Shown: piece by piece, positions 40,152 to 50,900 of the stretch
How the letters are laid out: every line of letters begins with the position of its first letter
How positions within the stretch are numbered: the first letter of the stretch is position 1
Source of the DNA: an uncultured bacterium
GTDB lineage: Bacteria > Chloroflexota > UBA5177 > JANWHV01
Direction of reading: 5' to 3'
NCBI GenBank assembly: GCA_963729625.1
Contig: CAVSOU010000017.1
Span: 96,001 to 160,000, forward strand
Length of the DNA: 64,000 nt
Notes under the pieces: generated by a model
Told to the model about the DNA's origin: nothing
Seen by the model: the letters and a program-made list of their open reading frames with translations, nothing else
Database searches by the model: none
Made by a program: the position numbers and the translations under genes

Positions 40152-41273
40152 CTACTCGCTCGAGCCACCCCATGTTCGCGCGGGCAGCAGGTTTCTGGTC
40201 ATGTCGCGCTCGACATGATAGACGTAGATGCCGGCCCAATTCGGCGAAGGGAGCGAGTACGTGTTCCCTTTAAGCGCGATGTTGCCCATATAACCGATGA
40301 GCACCTGCGCGAGGGCCTGCACGGCCATCCGGGACTCCCTGTCGGGGTCGGAGCTGAACACGTACTTCGCCGGGTGCGGGCCGTCCCAGTGTCCGGCGAC
40401 GATGGAGGAAGACGTGACAAAGGTGGCGTCGAGATCGTAGAGAAAGTGTTTGCCGATCTGCGGATCCACTTTGTATGACTGCAGCTCCGCCCAGGGAACT
40501 GTTTTGTCCTGCATCAGCATACGGAGCCATTGGACTGAGGCGCGATTGGCCACGTCGACGGCCTGGAAAGAGTACGGCCTGCTGGAGCTGTCCATGTTCA
40601 GCTTGCCATGGTCCACGTGGCCCTTGCAGCAGCCGTCGGGGTAGGCGCCCGAAAAGAGCTTCAGCGTGTCACGCTCGGACTTTGGCACGTCGAACCAGAT
40701 GGGTACCGGCTTCCCGGGCTGCCTGGCCACCCATACCGGCACCCAGTTCGAGTGCGAATAGAAGTCCTCAATCATGTGCAGGCTCATGCCGATCACCGTG
40801 AAGAGCACGATCTTGCGAAAGCCGCTTTTGACGGACGGGCTGGTCGTGTACTTATCCAGCGCGGCCTTCGTGTTGGCCAGGACGTTGGTCCACTGCATCT
40901 CGATATCGTTTGTCGAGAACAGATCGTCGAAGTGCACGCGTTCGAAATCGTTCAGATCGATCCCGTGTATGCCAATCGGATTGCCGCCTTTATATCCAGG
41001 AATGCGCTTATAGATGTGCTGGAGATCGGCATTCGCGAGAGCATCCGTCAGGTAGTTCTCGACCTGCGCGAGGAGGCGGGCGTCGGCTGAGAATCCGTTT
41101 GCATCCATAGCAAGCCGAGTTGCGTCCGCGTGCCACCAGGTGTCGAAGGCTGCCGCCGGATGAGGGCTGCTGTAGCCTCCGGCGCTCAGCAGTGTCATGC
41201 CGCAAACCAGAAGAGCCAGTCCCAGTCTTCGCGAGAGCGTTGCTGCTTGTCTCCAAGCGTGCAGGCGAAACAT
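40152..41273 (-). CDS. Secreted Zn-dependent phospholipase C / P1 nuclease-fold protein (HET-C/vWA7-like)
   Basis: Signal peptide ending AAA, mature start FDTWWH, then HFDD, LHMIEDFYSHSNWV and H..LNMD. Confidence 0.65.
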   Translation of the reverse strand: MFRLHAWRQAATLSRRLGLALLVCGMTLLSAGGYSSPHPAAAFDTWWHADATRLAMDANGFSADARLLAQVENYLTDALANADLQHIYKRIPGYKGGNPIGIHGIDLNDFERVHFDDLFSTNDIEMQWTNVLANTKAALDKYTTSPSVKSGFRKIVLFTVIGMSLHMIEDFYSHSNWVPVWVARQPGKPVPIWFDVPKSERDTLKLFSGAYPDGCCKGHVDHGKLNMDSSSRPYSFQAVDVANRASVQWLRMLMQDKTVPWAELQSYKVDPQIGKHFLYDLDATFVTSSSIVAGHWDGPHPAKYVFSSDPDRESRMAVQALAQVLIGYMGNIALKGNTYSLPSPNWAGIYVYHVERDMTRNLLPARTWGGSSE

Positions 41274-41491
41274 CTGCGTATCTCCTTTCCGGTACTTTAC
41301 TCTTCTACCGGCATCATAGTAAATGGTCGGGCCCGGTTAACCCAGGATGCGCGATGCGATCCATACCCTTCACGGACTGAAGGTTTCCCGGCGGCAAGAG
41401 GAGTACATCCTGGAATCTGGTCTATTGAGCGTGCGCACACTCGCCGTGGATCTGCAGCACGTCTGACCGTTAGCCCGGCTACACTGAAGCA

Positions 41492-41698
41492 ATGACAGGT
41501 CAACAGTTGCTCGAGCGCCTCCGCCAGCATGGCTGCACGGTCATCCGCCGAAGCAAGGGATCGCACGTGCAGATGCGCTGCGGTGACTGCCAAACCACTG
41601 TTCCGGACCATGGTCACGAGGATATCGGACCAGGCCTGCTGCGCAAGATCGAGCGCGACTGCGAGCCATGTTTGGGGAAAGGATGGTTGCGTCGATGA
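41492..41698 (+). CDS. hicA: HicA family toxin
   Basis: L..HG....R.KGSH, TTVP.H..EDI..GLLRKI. Confidence 0.9.
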   Translation: MTGQQLLERLRQHGCTVIRRSKGSHVQMRCGDCQTTVPDHGHEDIGPGLLRKIERDCEPCLGKGWLRR

Positions 41699-41898
41699 AG
41701 ACTTTCACCGTGATCTATGAGCACGACGAAGCCGACTGGTGGGTCGCCGACGTTCCTTCTATTCCGGGCTGCCACACCCAAGGACACACTGTCGAGCAGG
41801 CGCGGGAGCGTATTCTCGATGCGCTGAGTCTCTACGTCGACGACGCGGACCAGATCCTCCTCCGCGAAGAAGCGCGTCAGCCGGAGAGCGCCGCCTAA
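41695..41898 (+). CDS. hicB: HicB family antitoxin (short form, no HTH)
   Basis: VP.IPGCHTQG.T.EQA.E.I.DA; ATGA overlap with hicA. Confidence 0.9.
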   Translation: MKTFTVIYEHDEADWWVADVPSIPGCHTQGHTVEQARERILDALSLYVDDADQILLREEARQPESAA

Positions 41899-42099
41899 AG
41901 TGATACCACTCCGGAATCCGCAGGGTGGTCACGTCTTGGCGATGGAGTGAATAGCCGGCGCGCCACAGCGGACGAGGACGTCCGCGCCCCCAGAATCGTG
42001 CGGTTCGATGGAGATCCCTTAGTGGCTTCACTATAGCTGCTCGCCGTGTCGTCCTGCCGACGAGCGCGATTTGCTCGCTCATACGTCCAGCTCCTTCTC

Positions 42100-42240
42100 T
42101 TACAGACAAGGTGCCAGGTGATCAACTTTGCCGTTGGCAGGGCCCTCCGACAGGACGGTGTCGCCGGCGTGCAGCCGCTCAATCGCCACCCCACCCTTCG
42201 GTGCGGCCACGAGGGTGCCGGCCGGGAAGCACGTCTCGCA
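42100..42240 (-). pseudogene. N-terminal fragment of a Hint (intein-like / pretoxin HINT) domain
   Basis: CFPAGTLVAAPKGGVAIERLHAGDTVLS matches Hint block A; no C-terminal HN motif. Confidence 0.65.
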
Positions 42241-42311
42241 GGCCACGGCCAATTGGCGCATGATCTGGCAGCTGCACGGCGCTGACTCCGCCGGGCACGC
42301 CCGTCCGCAGC

Positions 42312-42779
42312 TCAACGGCTGAGCGCCAGTGGCTGCCACTCGCGGATCTGCTTGGCATGCTCGGGGTAGTGCCGATACGTATTCTCGGCAATGAACTCCA
42401 GCTTGGGAAGCACTGCTTCCTCGCTCAGACTGGTCAAGGCACTTGACAGCCGCATCCCGGTCTCGTCAAAGGTTGCTTTGGCCTGGCTTACAGGCACTGT
42501 GCGATGCTCTTGATACACCCGGTCGTTTATCCGGTCGATCTGAGCGTCGTTGTCCGCGCCACCCAGTAGGTCGTGCGCTGTTGCAGCACCATGAAGCTTT
42601 GCCACCGTCTGCCGCTCCCACCAGGCCACATGCACGAGGATGTCCTTTACCGACCAATGGCCCGCCACGCCTGGCTCATCCAGCCGAGCATCAGGCAGGT
42701 TCGCGAAGCTTGCGCCAAGCACAGCGCGTTCCACCTTAATCCGCTCGACAAGCCGCTCAACGGTAGTTGGTTCTTGCAT
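42312..42779 (-). CDS. DinB-like four-helix bundle protein (ClbS/DfsB/DUF1706-like)
   Basis: WSVKDILVHVAWWE, IAENTYRHYPEH; GAGGAGAGG RBS. Confidence 0.85.
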   Translation of the reverse strand: MQEPTTVERLVERIKVERAVLGASFANLPDARLDEPGVAGHWSVKDILVHVAWWERQTVAKLHGAATAHDLLGGADNDAQIDRINDRVYQEHRTVPVSQAKATFDETGMRLSSALTSLSEEAVLPKLEFIAENTYRHYPEHAKQIREWQPLALSR

Positions 42780-42953
42780 CGTTCCTCTCCTCGGGACACT
42801 CATTATCGCACTGCAACAGCTATAGACATCGACAGGCAGGGTGACCGGGCCAAGCACAGGTCGTTTCCTGCACTTCGCTTCAGGTAACCTGCTGCTTCGA
42901 CAGTCGTCTCGACATTGGCCCGGACCTTTGTCTGACTGTCCTCGAGCACTCGT

Positions 42954-44207
42954 TCATGACGCCTTCCGAATACGCATGGTTACGGTGGACGTGGCGTTGC
43001 CGAGCTGGACCGCGATATGCAAGCTGCCGTCAGCGGCGGCTCTTGCCAACGTCGGGCGGCCGGCGTTGCGGGTAACGGCGTACGCTTGGCCCGCCTGGTA
43101 GATGCCTGCGGTGACCAGCGACACGGTACCGTAGCCGGTCAGCGTGAAGCCTTGCGGTCCGACATTCGTGAGGTCCGTGAACCCATCGCCCTGCCGCCCC
43201 ACGGAGAAGGCGTAGCCCCACACACTTGCGGAAGTGTCCGCGGTGCGATAGCTCCAGGTGTACTGCGGAGCGTGCGGCTGCATGAGCGCCGCCATCAGCA
43301 TCGGCATGGCTTTGTGGAGCTCACGCTGCCAGTATGGCCAGGTATGCGTGCCGCCACCGTAGTCGTCCACCACGGCCGGGACGTGGGAGTTGGCCAGCGC
43401 ACGCGCCATGCTGACCAGCGACCTATGCACCTGCACCTCAGTCTGGTCTGGAACGCTGCTCTTGCTGCTATCCAGCGGCCCGCGGCTGCCATTACCGGCG
43501 CTGAGGAAGAGCTGTACGCCGCGGAGATTGAATGCCAATGCCACGGGATCGTGGGATAGCACGCAGTAGGCCGATTGGTCGCACACCTGCTCAAAGATCA
43601 TGGAGGACGAAAGCATCTGGCCGTCGCTTCCGGGCGCGCTGAAGTGCTCTGGGTCGAGCACGCCGCTGAACGATGCGGCGGCTACGAACAGATCCGGATG
43701 GCGCGCGGCGTACGCCATGGCGCCCATGCCGCCCATGGAGAGCCCGGCGATCGCGCGGCCGTCACGGCTGGCCAGAGTGCGGAAATGCTGGTCGATATAG
43801 GGAATCAGCTCCTTGATGTGATAGGTTTCCCAGTTCGGTCCGGGAATGAGCGGATCCATATACCACCCGGTGGCGCCGTCCGGCATCACCACGATGAGCG
43901 GCAAGTCATGCACGAGGGAGGCGACGTCGGACTGCTGCACCCAATCACTGTATGATTCGCCGTAGCCATGCAGCAGGTAGAGGACCGGATAACGTCTGGC
44001 GCTGGTAGCATAGCCGTCCGGCAGCAGGATGTTGACATTCGTGCGGCCGCCGAGAGCCGTGCTGTTGATAGTCAGGGTGCGCAGGTCGCTCGTGCCGGCG
44101 GCTTTCAGGGGCGGAGCGCCGGCACTGATAAGCGCGAATGCCACGACGACGGGCCAGGCATACCATTTCCAGGGCAGTGCTCCGCGTGACAGTTTCACGA
44201 TCGCCAT
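42954..44207 (-). CDS. Secreted alpha/beta-hydrolase esterase (antigen-85/tributyrin esterase type)
   Basis: Signal peptide, RYPVLYLLHG, GLSMGG nucleophile motif, GTHTWPYW. Confidence 0.9.
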   Translation of the reverse strand: MAIVKLSRGALPWKWYAWPVVVAFALISAGAPPLKAAGTSDLRTLTINSTALGGRTNVNILLPDGYATSARRYPVLYLLHGYGESYSDWVQQSDVASLVHDLPLIVVMPDGATGWYMDPLIPGPNWETYHIKELIPYIDQHFRTLASRDGRAIAGLSMGGMGAMAYAARHPDLFVAAASFSGVLDPEHFSAPGSDGQMLSSSMIFEQVCDQSAYCVLSHDPVALAFNLRGVQLFLSAGNGSRGPLDSSKSSVPDQTEVQVHRSLVSMARALANSHVPAVVDDYGGGTHTWPYWQRELHKAMPMLMAALMQPHAPQYTWSYRTADTSASVWGYAFSVGRQGDGFTDLTNVGPQGFTLTGYGTVSLVTAGIYQAGQAYAVTRNAGRPTLARAAADGSLHIAVQLGNATSTVTMRIRKAS

Positions 44208-44446
44208 CCTTTCAGCAAGAGCGAGCCAGAATCTTCAATTCCTTCCACAGCCGCGAATCGACGATCGGTGACTGCTACCGGGCGCCGGCCTTCCGGACTG
44301 CCGGTGGCGGTAACCGACCGCGGCACTGTCCCTGGGGGTCGACGTGTGGCATGTACCGATTAGTTCACGGGGTTACGATCGCGGCTGTCGTCCAGCAGCG
44401 GATTTGCACGAAGCGTGCCGGCTCAGATCGGTTACCAGGTCTACGT

Positions 44447-44493
44447 TATACCCATCTAATCGATTTGTCAAATCGGTTAGATGGGTATATACT
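44447..44493 (+). promoter_or_regulatory. Sigma70 promoter embedded in a 21-bp-arm inverted repeat (LacI-type operators)
   Basis: TTGTCA (44465) -17 nt- TATACT (44488); arms TATACCCATCTAATCGATTTG / CAAATCGGTTAGATGGGTATA with 1 mismatch. Confidence 0.75.
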
Positions 44494-44632
44494 GGAATGG
44501 TCCGTAGACCAGGCTGAGCACGTGCCTGTACGAAACCAGCGGCGCGATCGGCGCGGACGGCACCTTGTATGATGAATCGATCGTGACCGGCGTGATGTTC
44601 AAGTGTGTGAGGGGATCGTGAACAGAGAAGCT

Positions 44633-46600
44633 ATGCGTGCAGGCGGTACGACCGTAACCGGCATATCCGGCATATCCTGGCAGCCGGCTCCGTTGACCAG
44701 CGTGTTCATTGACGATGCCTTCTGGTCGCCGCGCCTGCAAATCAACCGTGAAAAGACCATCCCATACCAGTACGCGCAGTGCAAGGAGACCGGGCGCATC
44801 GACGCGCTTCGCCTGACCTGGAAGCCCGGCATGGCGCCCGTTCCCCATCCGTTCTGGGATTCCGACGTCGCCAAGTGGATCGAGGCGGCAAGTTATAGCC
44901 TGGCCACGCATCCGGATCCGGCCCTCGATGCGCTGGTCGACGAGACTATCGCGCTGCTCGCCGCGGCGCAGCAAACGGACGGCTATCTCAATACCTACTT
45001 CACCGTGGTGAAGCCGGGCGAGCGGTGGACGGACCTGCGCGACGCGCACGAGCTCTATTGCGCGGGCCACCTGATCGAGGCAGGCGTCGCACACTACCAG
45101 GCCACGGGCAAGCGGACACTGCTCGAAGTCGTATGCCGCTACGCCGATCACATCGACACCGTGTTCGGTCGGGCGCCCGGGCAACAGCGTGGCTACTGTG
45201 GTCACGAAGAGATCGAGCTGGCGCTCGTCAAGCTGTATCGCGTAACAGGCGAAGAGCGCTACCTGCGCCTCGCCCAGTACTTCGTGGACGAGCGCGGCCA
45301 GAAGCCCAACTACTTTGAGCTGGAAGCGGCGAACCGTGCCACGCCGGGCTACTTCGAGGCGCACCGCGCGCACGGCCCGCTGCGCACGTCGTGGGAATAC
45401 AGCCAGTCCCACGCGCCGGTCCGCGATCAGCAGGAGGTCGTCGGGCACGCGGTGCGGGCCATGTACCTGTACTCCGCCATGGCCGACCTGGCAGGCGAGA
45501 GCGGTGACGAGGCGCTGCGCGCGGCGTGCAGGCGGCTGTGGGATCATCTGTGCTCAAGGCGCCTGTTTGTGACCGGCGGTCTCGGCTCTTCTTCAGAGAA
45601 CGAGGGCTTCACGCGCGACTACGATCTGCCCAACGAGAAGGCCTACGCCGAGACATGCGCGGCAATCGGCCTGGTTTTCTGGGCGCATCGGATGACCCAA
45701 CTGGAGGGCGACGGTCGCTACGCCGATGTGATGGAGCAGGCGCTGTACAACGGGGTGTTGAGCGGCGTGTCGCTCGACGGCACGCGGTTCTTCTACGAGA
45801 ACCCCCTGTCGAGTCGCGGCGGCGTCACACGCCAAGAGTGGTTCGGCGTGTCCTGCTGTCCGCCTAATCTGGCGCGCTTGCTTGCCTCCCTGGGGAAGTA
45901 CATCTACTCCACGCATGAATCCGGGGTAGCGGTCCACCTATACGTTCAGAGCGACCTCCGTCTGAGCGTGCATGGGCGATCGGTCACGTTGCAGCAGCAG
46001 ACTGAGTACCCCTGGCACGGCGCGGTGAAGCTGTCCGTATGTACCGACCAGCCCACTGAATTCACGGTGGCGCTCCGGATTCCGCGCTGGTGCAGGCAAG
46101 CCGGCCTCGTCGTCAACGGCAGTGCGGTCGACCTGCAGGCAATCATGGACAAAGGATACGCGCGGATCACCAGGACCTGGGCCGAAGGGGACACGGTTGA
46201 GCTGGATCTGGCGATGCCGGTCGAGCGCGTGTACGCGCACCCGCAGGTACTCGAGGATATCGGCCACGTCGCACTGCAGCGTGGACCGCTTGTGTACTGT
46301 CTCGAAGAGGTCGACAACTCTGTCTCGCTGGCTCATCTCTCACTTGTCGCGGATACGGATCTCATGGCCCAGTGCGATGCCTCGATACTTGGCGGCACGG
46401 TGGTGATTCACGGCGAAGGACGGGCTACCGACGACTCCGACTGGAACGGCGTACTCTACCGGCATGAACCGCCTGGAGCAACAATGCGGACAATTACCGC
46501 CGTCCCCTACTACGTATGGGATAATCGCCAGAGTGGGCAGATGCGCGTGTGGATGCGGGAAGCACGCCGGCTAACAGACGAGCATCACCAGGGAATGTGA
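44633..46600 (+). CDS. Glycoside hydrolase family 127 (beta-L-arabinofuranosidase-like)
   Basis: FWDSDVAKWIEA, HELYCAGH, GHEEIELAL, GHAVRAMY, YAETCA, SCCPPN. Confidence 0.93.
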   Translation: MRAGGTTVTGISGISWQPAPLTSVFIDDAFWSPRLQINREKTIPYQYAQCKETGRIDALRLTWKPGMAPVPHPFWDSDVAKWIEAASYSLATHPDPALDALVDETIALLAAAQQTDGYLNTYFTVVKPGERWTDLRDAHELYCAGHLIEAGVAHYQATGKRTLLEVVCRYADHIDTVFGRAPGQQRGYCGHEEIELALVKLYRVTGEERYLRLAQYFVDERGQKPNYFELEAANRATPGYFEAHRAHGPLRTSWEYSQSHAPVRDQQEVVGHAVRAMYLYSAMADLAGESGDEALRAACRRLWDHLCSRRLFVTGGLGSSSENEGFTRDYDLPNEKAYAETCAAIGLVFWAHRMTQLEGDGRYADVMEQALYNGVLSGVSLDGTRFFYENPLSSRGGVTRQEWFGVSCCPPNLARLLASLGKYIYSTHESGVAVHLYVQSDLRLSVHGRSVTLQQQTEYPWHGAVKLSVCTDQPTEFTVALRIPRWCRQAGLVVNGSAVDLQAIMDKGYARITRTWAEGDTVELDLAMPVERVYAHPQVLEDIGHVALQRGPLVYCLEEVDNSVSLAHLSLVADTDLMAQCDASILGGTVVIHGEGRATDDSDWNGVLYRHEPPGATMRTITAVPYYVWDNRQSGQMRVWMREARRLTDEHHQGM

Positions 46601-46606
46601 CGGGGC

Positions 46607-47641
46607 ATGCGGGTGAAGAAGCGCGTTACGCATCGAGACGTGGCAAAGCTGGCCGGTGTATCCACGGCCGTGGTTTCCTATGTGGTCAATGATGGACCAC
46701 GTGCCACATCGCCCGAGGCCCGCAGTCGTGTCCTGGACGCGATTGAAACGCTCGCATATCATCCAAACGCCGCGGCGCGCGGCCTCCGCATGCAGCGAAC
46801 GCGAACCGTCGGCTTCATCTCCTACGACTACTACCCGCAAAGCGCGTTTATCGCCCCATGGAACGCGGGCGTGCTGACCGGCCTCACGTTCGCGCTGCAG
46901 GCGAAGCGGTACTTCTTGCTCCCATACCCGCTAGGAGTCGGCGACGACCTGCGTGACCTGCGCGAGTTGCTGCACAGCGGGCGCCTTGACGGGATCGTCG
47001 TGCGTCTCGCCGAGGAGGCCTCTGTCACCGACAGTGTATTGGGGACGATCGCGGATGCCGGCGTCCCCTGCGTCTGCATCGAGCGTGCCGGAGCACCGTG
47101 CTTCGGATTCAGCTCGGTGGCGTACGACGACGAGGACGCCGCTTTTTCCGCCACGACGTACCTCATCGAGAAGGGCCATCGGCGGATCGGGCATATCAAG
47201 GGCGATCTGCGGCAGGTGGCGGCGCAGGATCGCCTTGCCGGCTACAGACGAGCCCTCGTGGAGGCAGGACTTCAGGGCGGCGAGGACCTGGTGCAGGGCG
47301 GCAGCTGGCTGCCGGCGGATGCCAGTGTGGCAACGATCCGCATGTTGGACATGGCGAACCCGCCCACCGCCGTGTTCGCTGCCAACGACGAGCTCGCGAT
47401 GAACGTGATCGAAGTGCTGCGGTCGCGCAAGTACCGCATTCCAGACGACGTCGCGGTCGTCGGTTTCGACGATGTACCGCTGTCCCAGGAGCTGATACCA
47501 CCCCTCACGACCGTGCGCATTCCTTTTGCCGATCTTGGCCGGCGGGCTGCCGACCTGCTCCTGCACGTGATAAAGCAGAACACGAATGAGTGCATCGCGG
47601 AGACCGTGCCGCTGGAGCTGATCAGGCGAGGCACGGCGTAG
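46607..47641 (+). CDS. LacI family transcriptional regulator
   Basis: T..DVAKLAGVS.A.VS.V.N, Y.PN.AAR.L, VVGFDD, PPLTTVR. Confidence 0.95.
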   Translation: MRVKKRVTHRDVAKLAGVSTAVVSYVVNDGPRATSPEARSRVLDAIETLAYHPNAAARGLRMQRTRTVGFISYDYYPQSAFIAPWNAGVLTGLTFALQAKRYFLLPYPLGVGDDLRDLRELLHSGRLDGIVVRLAEEASVTDSVLGTIADAGVPCVCIERAGAPCFGFSSVAYDDEDAAFSATTYLIEKGHRRIGHIKGDLRQVAAQDRLAGYRRALVEAGLQGGEDLVQGGSWLPADASVATIRMLDMANPPTAVFAANDELAMNVIEVLRSRKYRIPDDVAVVGFDDVPLSQELIPPLTTVRIPFADLGRRAADLLLHVIKQNTNECIAETVPLELIRRGTA

Positions 47642-47971
47642 TGGATCTGGCCACATCACAGGTAACGTCTGTGGGAAGCTATTCCGCCCCACCTAAGCGG
47701 GCAGAGCTGTGAGGCGGAGAACCGCCTCCGACGAGATAGCAGGCACGCGCTCTTGCCGTTCGGTCGGTACCACAGCGCGGATCGGGTCAGTGCTGTGCTT
47801 GTTGCCGATCGCCGAAGGCCGATACACATGCATAGATATACCGTCCCTGCCCTGAAGCCAAGCCGAGTCATCGCCTCCTCGAAGCAGGCTCGGCGTGAGA
47901 CATGAAACGATGGCGCGCAGCAATCAAGGCTTGCCATAACGCGTGGACACATCGGCCGGTCTTACTTCTCG

Positions 47972-50900
47972 TCAGCCGAGCGTTGCCAGCAGCTGCTCGG
48001 CACTCTCAATATCCGCGCGCGCACCCAGCCGCCGGAAGATGGCCAGCGCGTCCTCCAGGCAGGCTCGGGCAGCCGCAGCGTCGCCGCGAGCCAGGTGCAG
48101 TCGGCCGTACATCTCCAGCAGCCGTCCCTCGCCGTGCGGGTAGGGCATGCTCCGAGCCAGCGCCAGACCCTCCTCCAGCGCCTGCTCCGCCTCGTCCCAG
48201 CGCGCTTGCCTGAGCAGCACGAGGGCCTGCACCCGCAGGTCCTGTGCCCACGCCAGCCGGCAGGTGCCGCGGCGCGCCCGCTGGAGTGCCTCGCGCACCG
48301 TACTGGCAGCCTGGTCGATCTGGCCCGCTTCGAGCTGCGCCCAGGCCAACACGGGTAGCACGTACTGCGTCACAACGAACTCCTCGTGACCCGGCCGGTC
48401 GAGCAACGGGAGCAGGCGCGCGCAGGCGGCCTCGGCTCGCCCCTCCATCACCTCGCGCTCGGCCAGGTGAGCGCGGGCCACGAGGGCGTGCATGCGCTCG
48501 TCCGGGCTGGCAGCGGCCACTACCTGTTCGAAGTAGCGCGCCGCCTCGTCCCAGGCACCCTGGGCGTGCAGGAGACGCCCGAGGTCGCAGCGGGGGCGCG
48601 TGTAGCTAAATCCGTCGGTGAAGCCTGTTTCGTCCGCGACGGCGACACCACGCTCCAGATAGACGCGGGCGGCGGCCCAGTCCCCGCTCAGGAACGCGTC
48701 CAGCCCCAGCCGGCTCATGGAGGTGATGATGCCGGCTGGATCGCGTGCCCGTTCCGCGACCGCGAGCAGGCGCTCTGCGGCCTGTCTGCCCTGCTCATAC
48801 TCGCCCCGCTCCTCATGGATCCAGGCCAGCATGTGCCACGGCAAATCTCCGTCCTCCGGTGTCGCCAGTCCTGCGGCCTCCTCGGCCGCCCGGAGCGCTT
48901 CGTCGGCACGGCTCGCCAGGATGCAGACGTAGGCGTGGCTTCCGAGTGCCGACACCACCTGGGCACGGTCTCCCAGCGCACGGGCGATCTGCTCCCCGCG
49001 GGTCATAGGGGCCAACGCGCTGTCAGTCTGGCCCTCGTTGCTATACAGATGGGCCAGCCTCAAGTATGCCGCGGCCAGCTCGCTGGAGGGGCCGCGGGAC
49101 TCCAAGGTCGCCACGACCGGCTGCAGGCGCGCGATCCCGGCCGGTCGCGGCCCCCTGCTTCCGTAGATCCGAGCGATGAGCGTTTCCACTCTGGCCATGC
49201 CCGCCAGGTCGCCCGCCCGGCGGAGCATGCCCGTTGCCTGGTCCAGCACTGCCAGCGCGGCGTCGAACTGCCCGATGCGGAAGAGAACGCTACCCAGCTT
49301 CTCGCAGGCGAGCACGAGGTCGGGCTCGGCTCCCAAGCCCTCCAGACACGCCACCAGATCCCGGTAGTGCGCTGCCGCCGCCGCGTGGGCGAACTGGGCC
49401 GACGCGCTATCGCCGGCCTGCTCCAGGTAGACCGCCGCCCGCGCCGCGTCGCCGGCCTCGCGGAAGTGGTAGGCCAGCGCCTCCAGCGCCGGCCTGCCGG
49501 ACCCACGTTCTAGGGCTTGGGCCACCTGCCGGTGCAGCAGGCGTCGCCGCGCCAGCCCCAGGTCCGCTTCCACCACCTCGCGGATCAGGTCGTGCACAAA
49601 GGCGTAGGCGTCGTCGCCGGTCTCCTCCAGGAGACCGACCCGGCAGGCCTGCTCCAGTGCATCGAGCACCTCGCTCTCGGGCAGCTCCACCGCCTCCAGG
49701 AGCAGCGCACGAGGGACCACACGGCCCATCACCGCCGCCGTGCCCAGCAGCGTCCGCGCCGCCTCGGGCAGTACCTGCACACGGCGCCGGATGCTCTGGC
49801 GCAGATCCCAGGGCACGCCCGGCGTGGCCCGTTCCTCGGACTGCCGGCCCCGCACGCTCCGCGCATAGCTCACCACGTAGAAGGGCACGCCGCCGGCGCG
49901 CGACGCAACCTGCGCGGCCAGCGCCGCGCCGTCCTGTCCCGGCTCGCTCAGGGCGCGCAGGAACAGCGCCTGCGCCTCTGATGGAGCAAGCGGCCCGATC
50001 GTGTGCTCGGTTGCCAGCTGCGCTTCGGCCAACGCGGCCAGGGCCAGCACGAGCGGGTGCTCCGGCCCGACCTCCGTATCGCGGTAGGCGCCCACCACGC
50101 GCAGCGAGAGGTCCGGCGGATGGCGGAGCAGACTGGCGAGCAGGTCGCAGGCATCGGCGCCTGCCCACTGCAGATCGTCCAGCAGCAGCAGCGTGCCGGC
50201 CGGTCCTGCCAGGTTGGCCAGGAAGCGGCCCACGGCCTTGAAGATCAGGTGGCGCTCCTGCTCGGGTTGCAGCACCCAGTGCGGCAGCGGCTCGAGGGCG
50301 TCCTGGGGCAGGTCGGGGAGCAGGCGCACCAGCCAGGCGCAGCCCGCCAGCTCCGCGCGCAGGGCTGCCACCGCCCGGCTGGCCACATGCTGCTCCAGGG
50401 CCTGCAGCAGCGGGGCAAAGGGCTCGCCGGCTCCGCGGCTGCAGCCGCCGGCCAGCACCGCCCAGCCTTGCGGGATGGCCCAGGACGCCGCCTCCTGCAG
50501 CAGGCGGGTCTTGCCGATGCCCGGCTCTCCGGCGAACAGCAGCAGTGGCGGTCCCTCGCCGGCCAGGTGCGCCTCCAGCAGGGCGATCTCGGCTGCTCGC
50601 CCTACCAGGTCCGGCTGCCCATTGCCGTAGGGCTGCTCCACCGCGGCGGCGCCAGAATCCGTCATGCTGGCGCGCCGACCGCTCCAGCCAGGCCCGCTCC
50701 GGCCCCGCGAGGTCCAGGGCCCGGATCAGCAGCCCAAGCGTGGCCCCACGAGGCGCACGGCTCACCCCGCGCTCCAGGTCGCTGATGCCGCGGGCAGACA
50801 GCCCCGCCCGCTCCGCCAGCGCCTCCTGGGTCAACCCGGCGGCCTCACGGTAGCGTCGCAGCAGCACCCCGAAGGCGGGGCCAGCCTCCCTGCGCTGCAT
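47972..50900 (-). pseudogene. XRE-HTH / AAA ATPase / TPR regulator with a frameshift between HTH and ATPase
   Basis: HTH (FGVLLRRYREAAGLTQEALAERAG) starts at ATG 50900 with GGAGG RBS in one frame; ATPase-TPR (GEPGIGKT, LLDDLQWA) lies in another frame, 47972-50665; paralog 4989-7841 is fused. Confidence 0.8.

Noticed and set aside
49407-50660. Long Arg/Gly/Ala-rich continuation of the 547-aa ORF 49407-51050
   Set aside because: Out-of-frame read-through after the frameshift; only its HTH portion is real.
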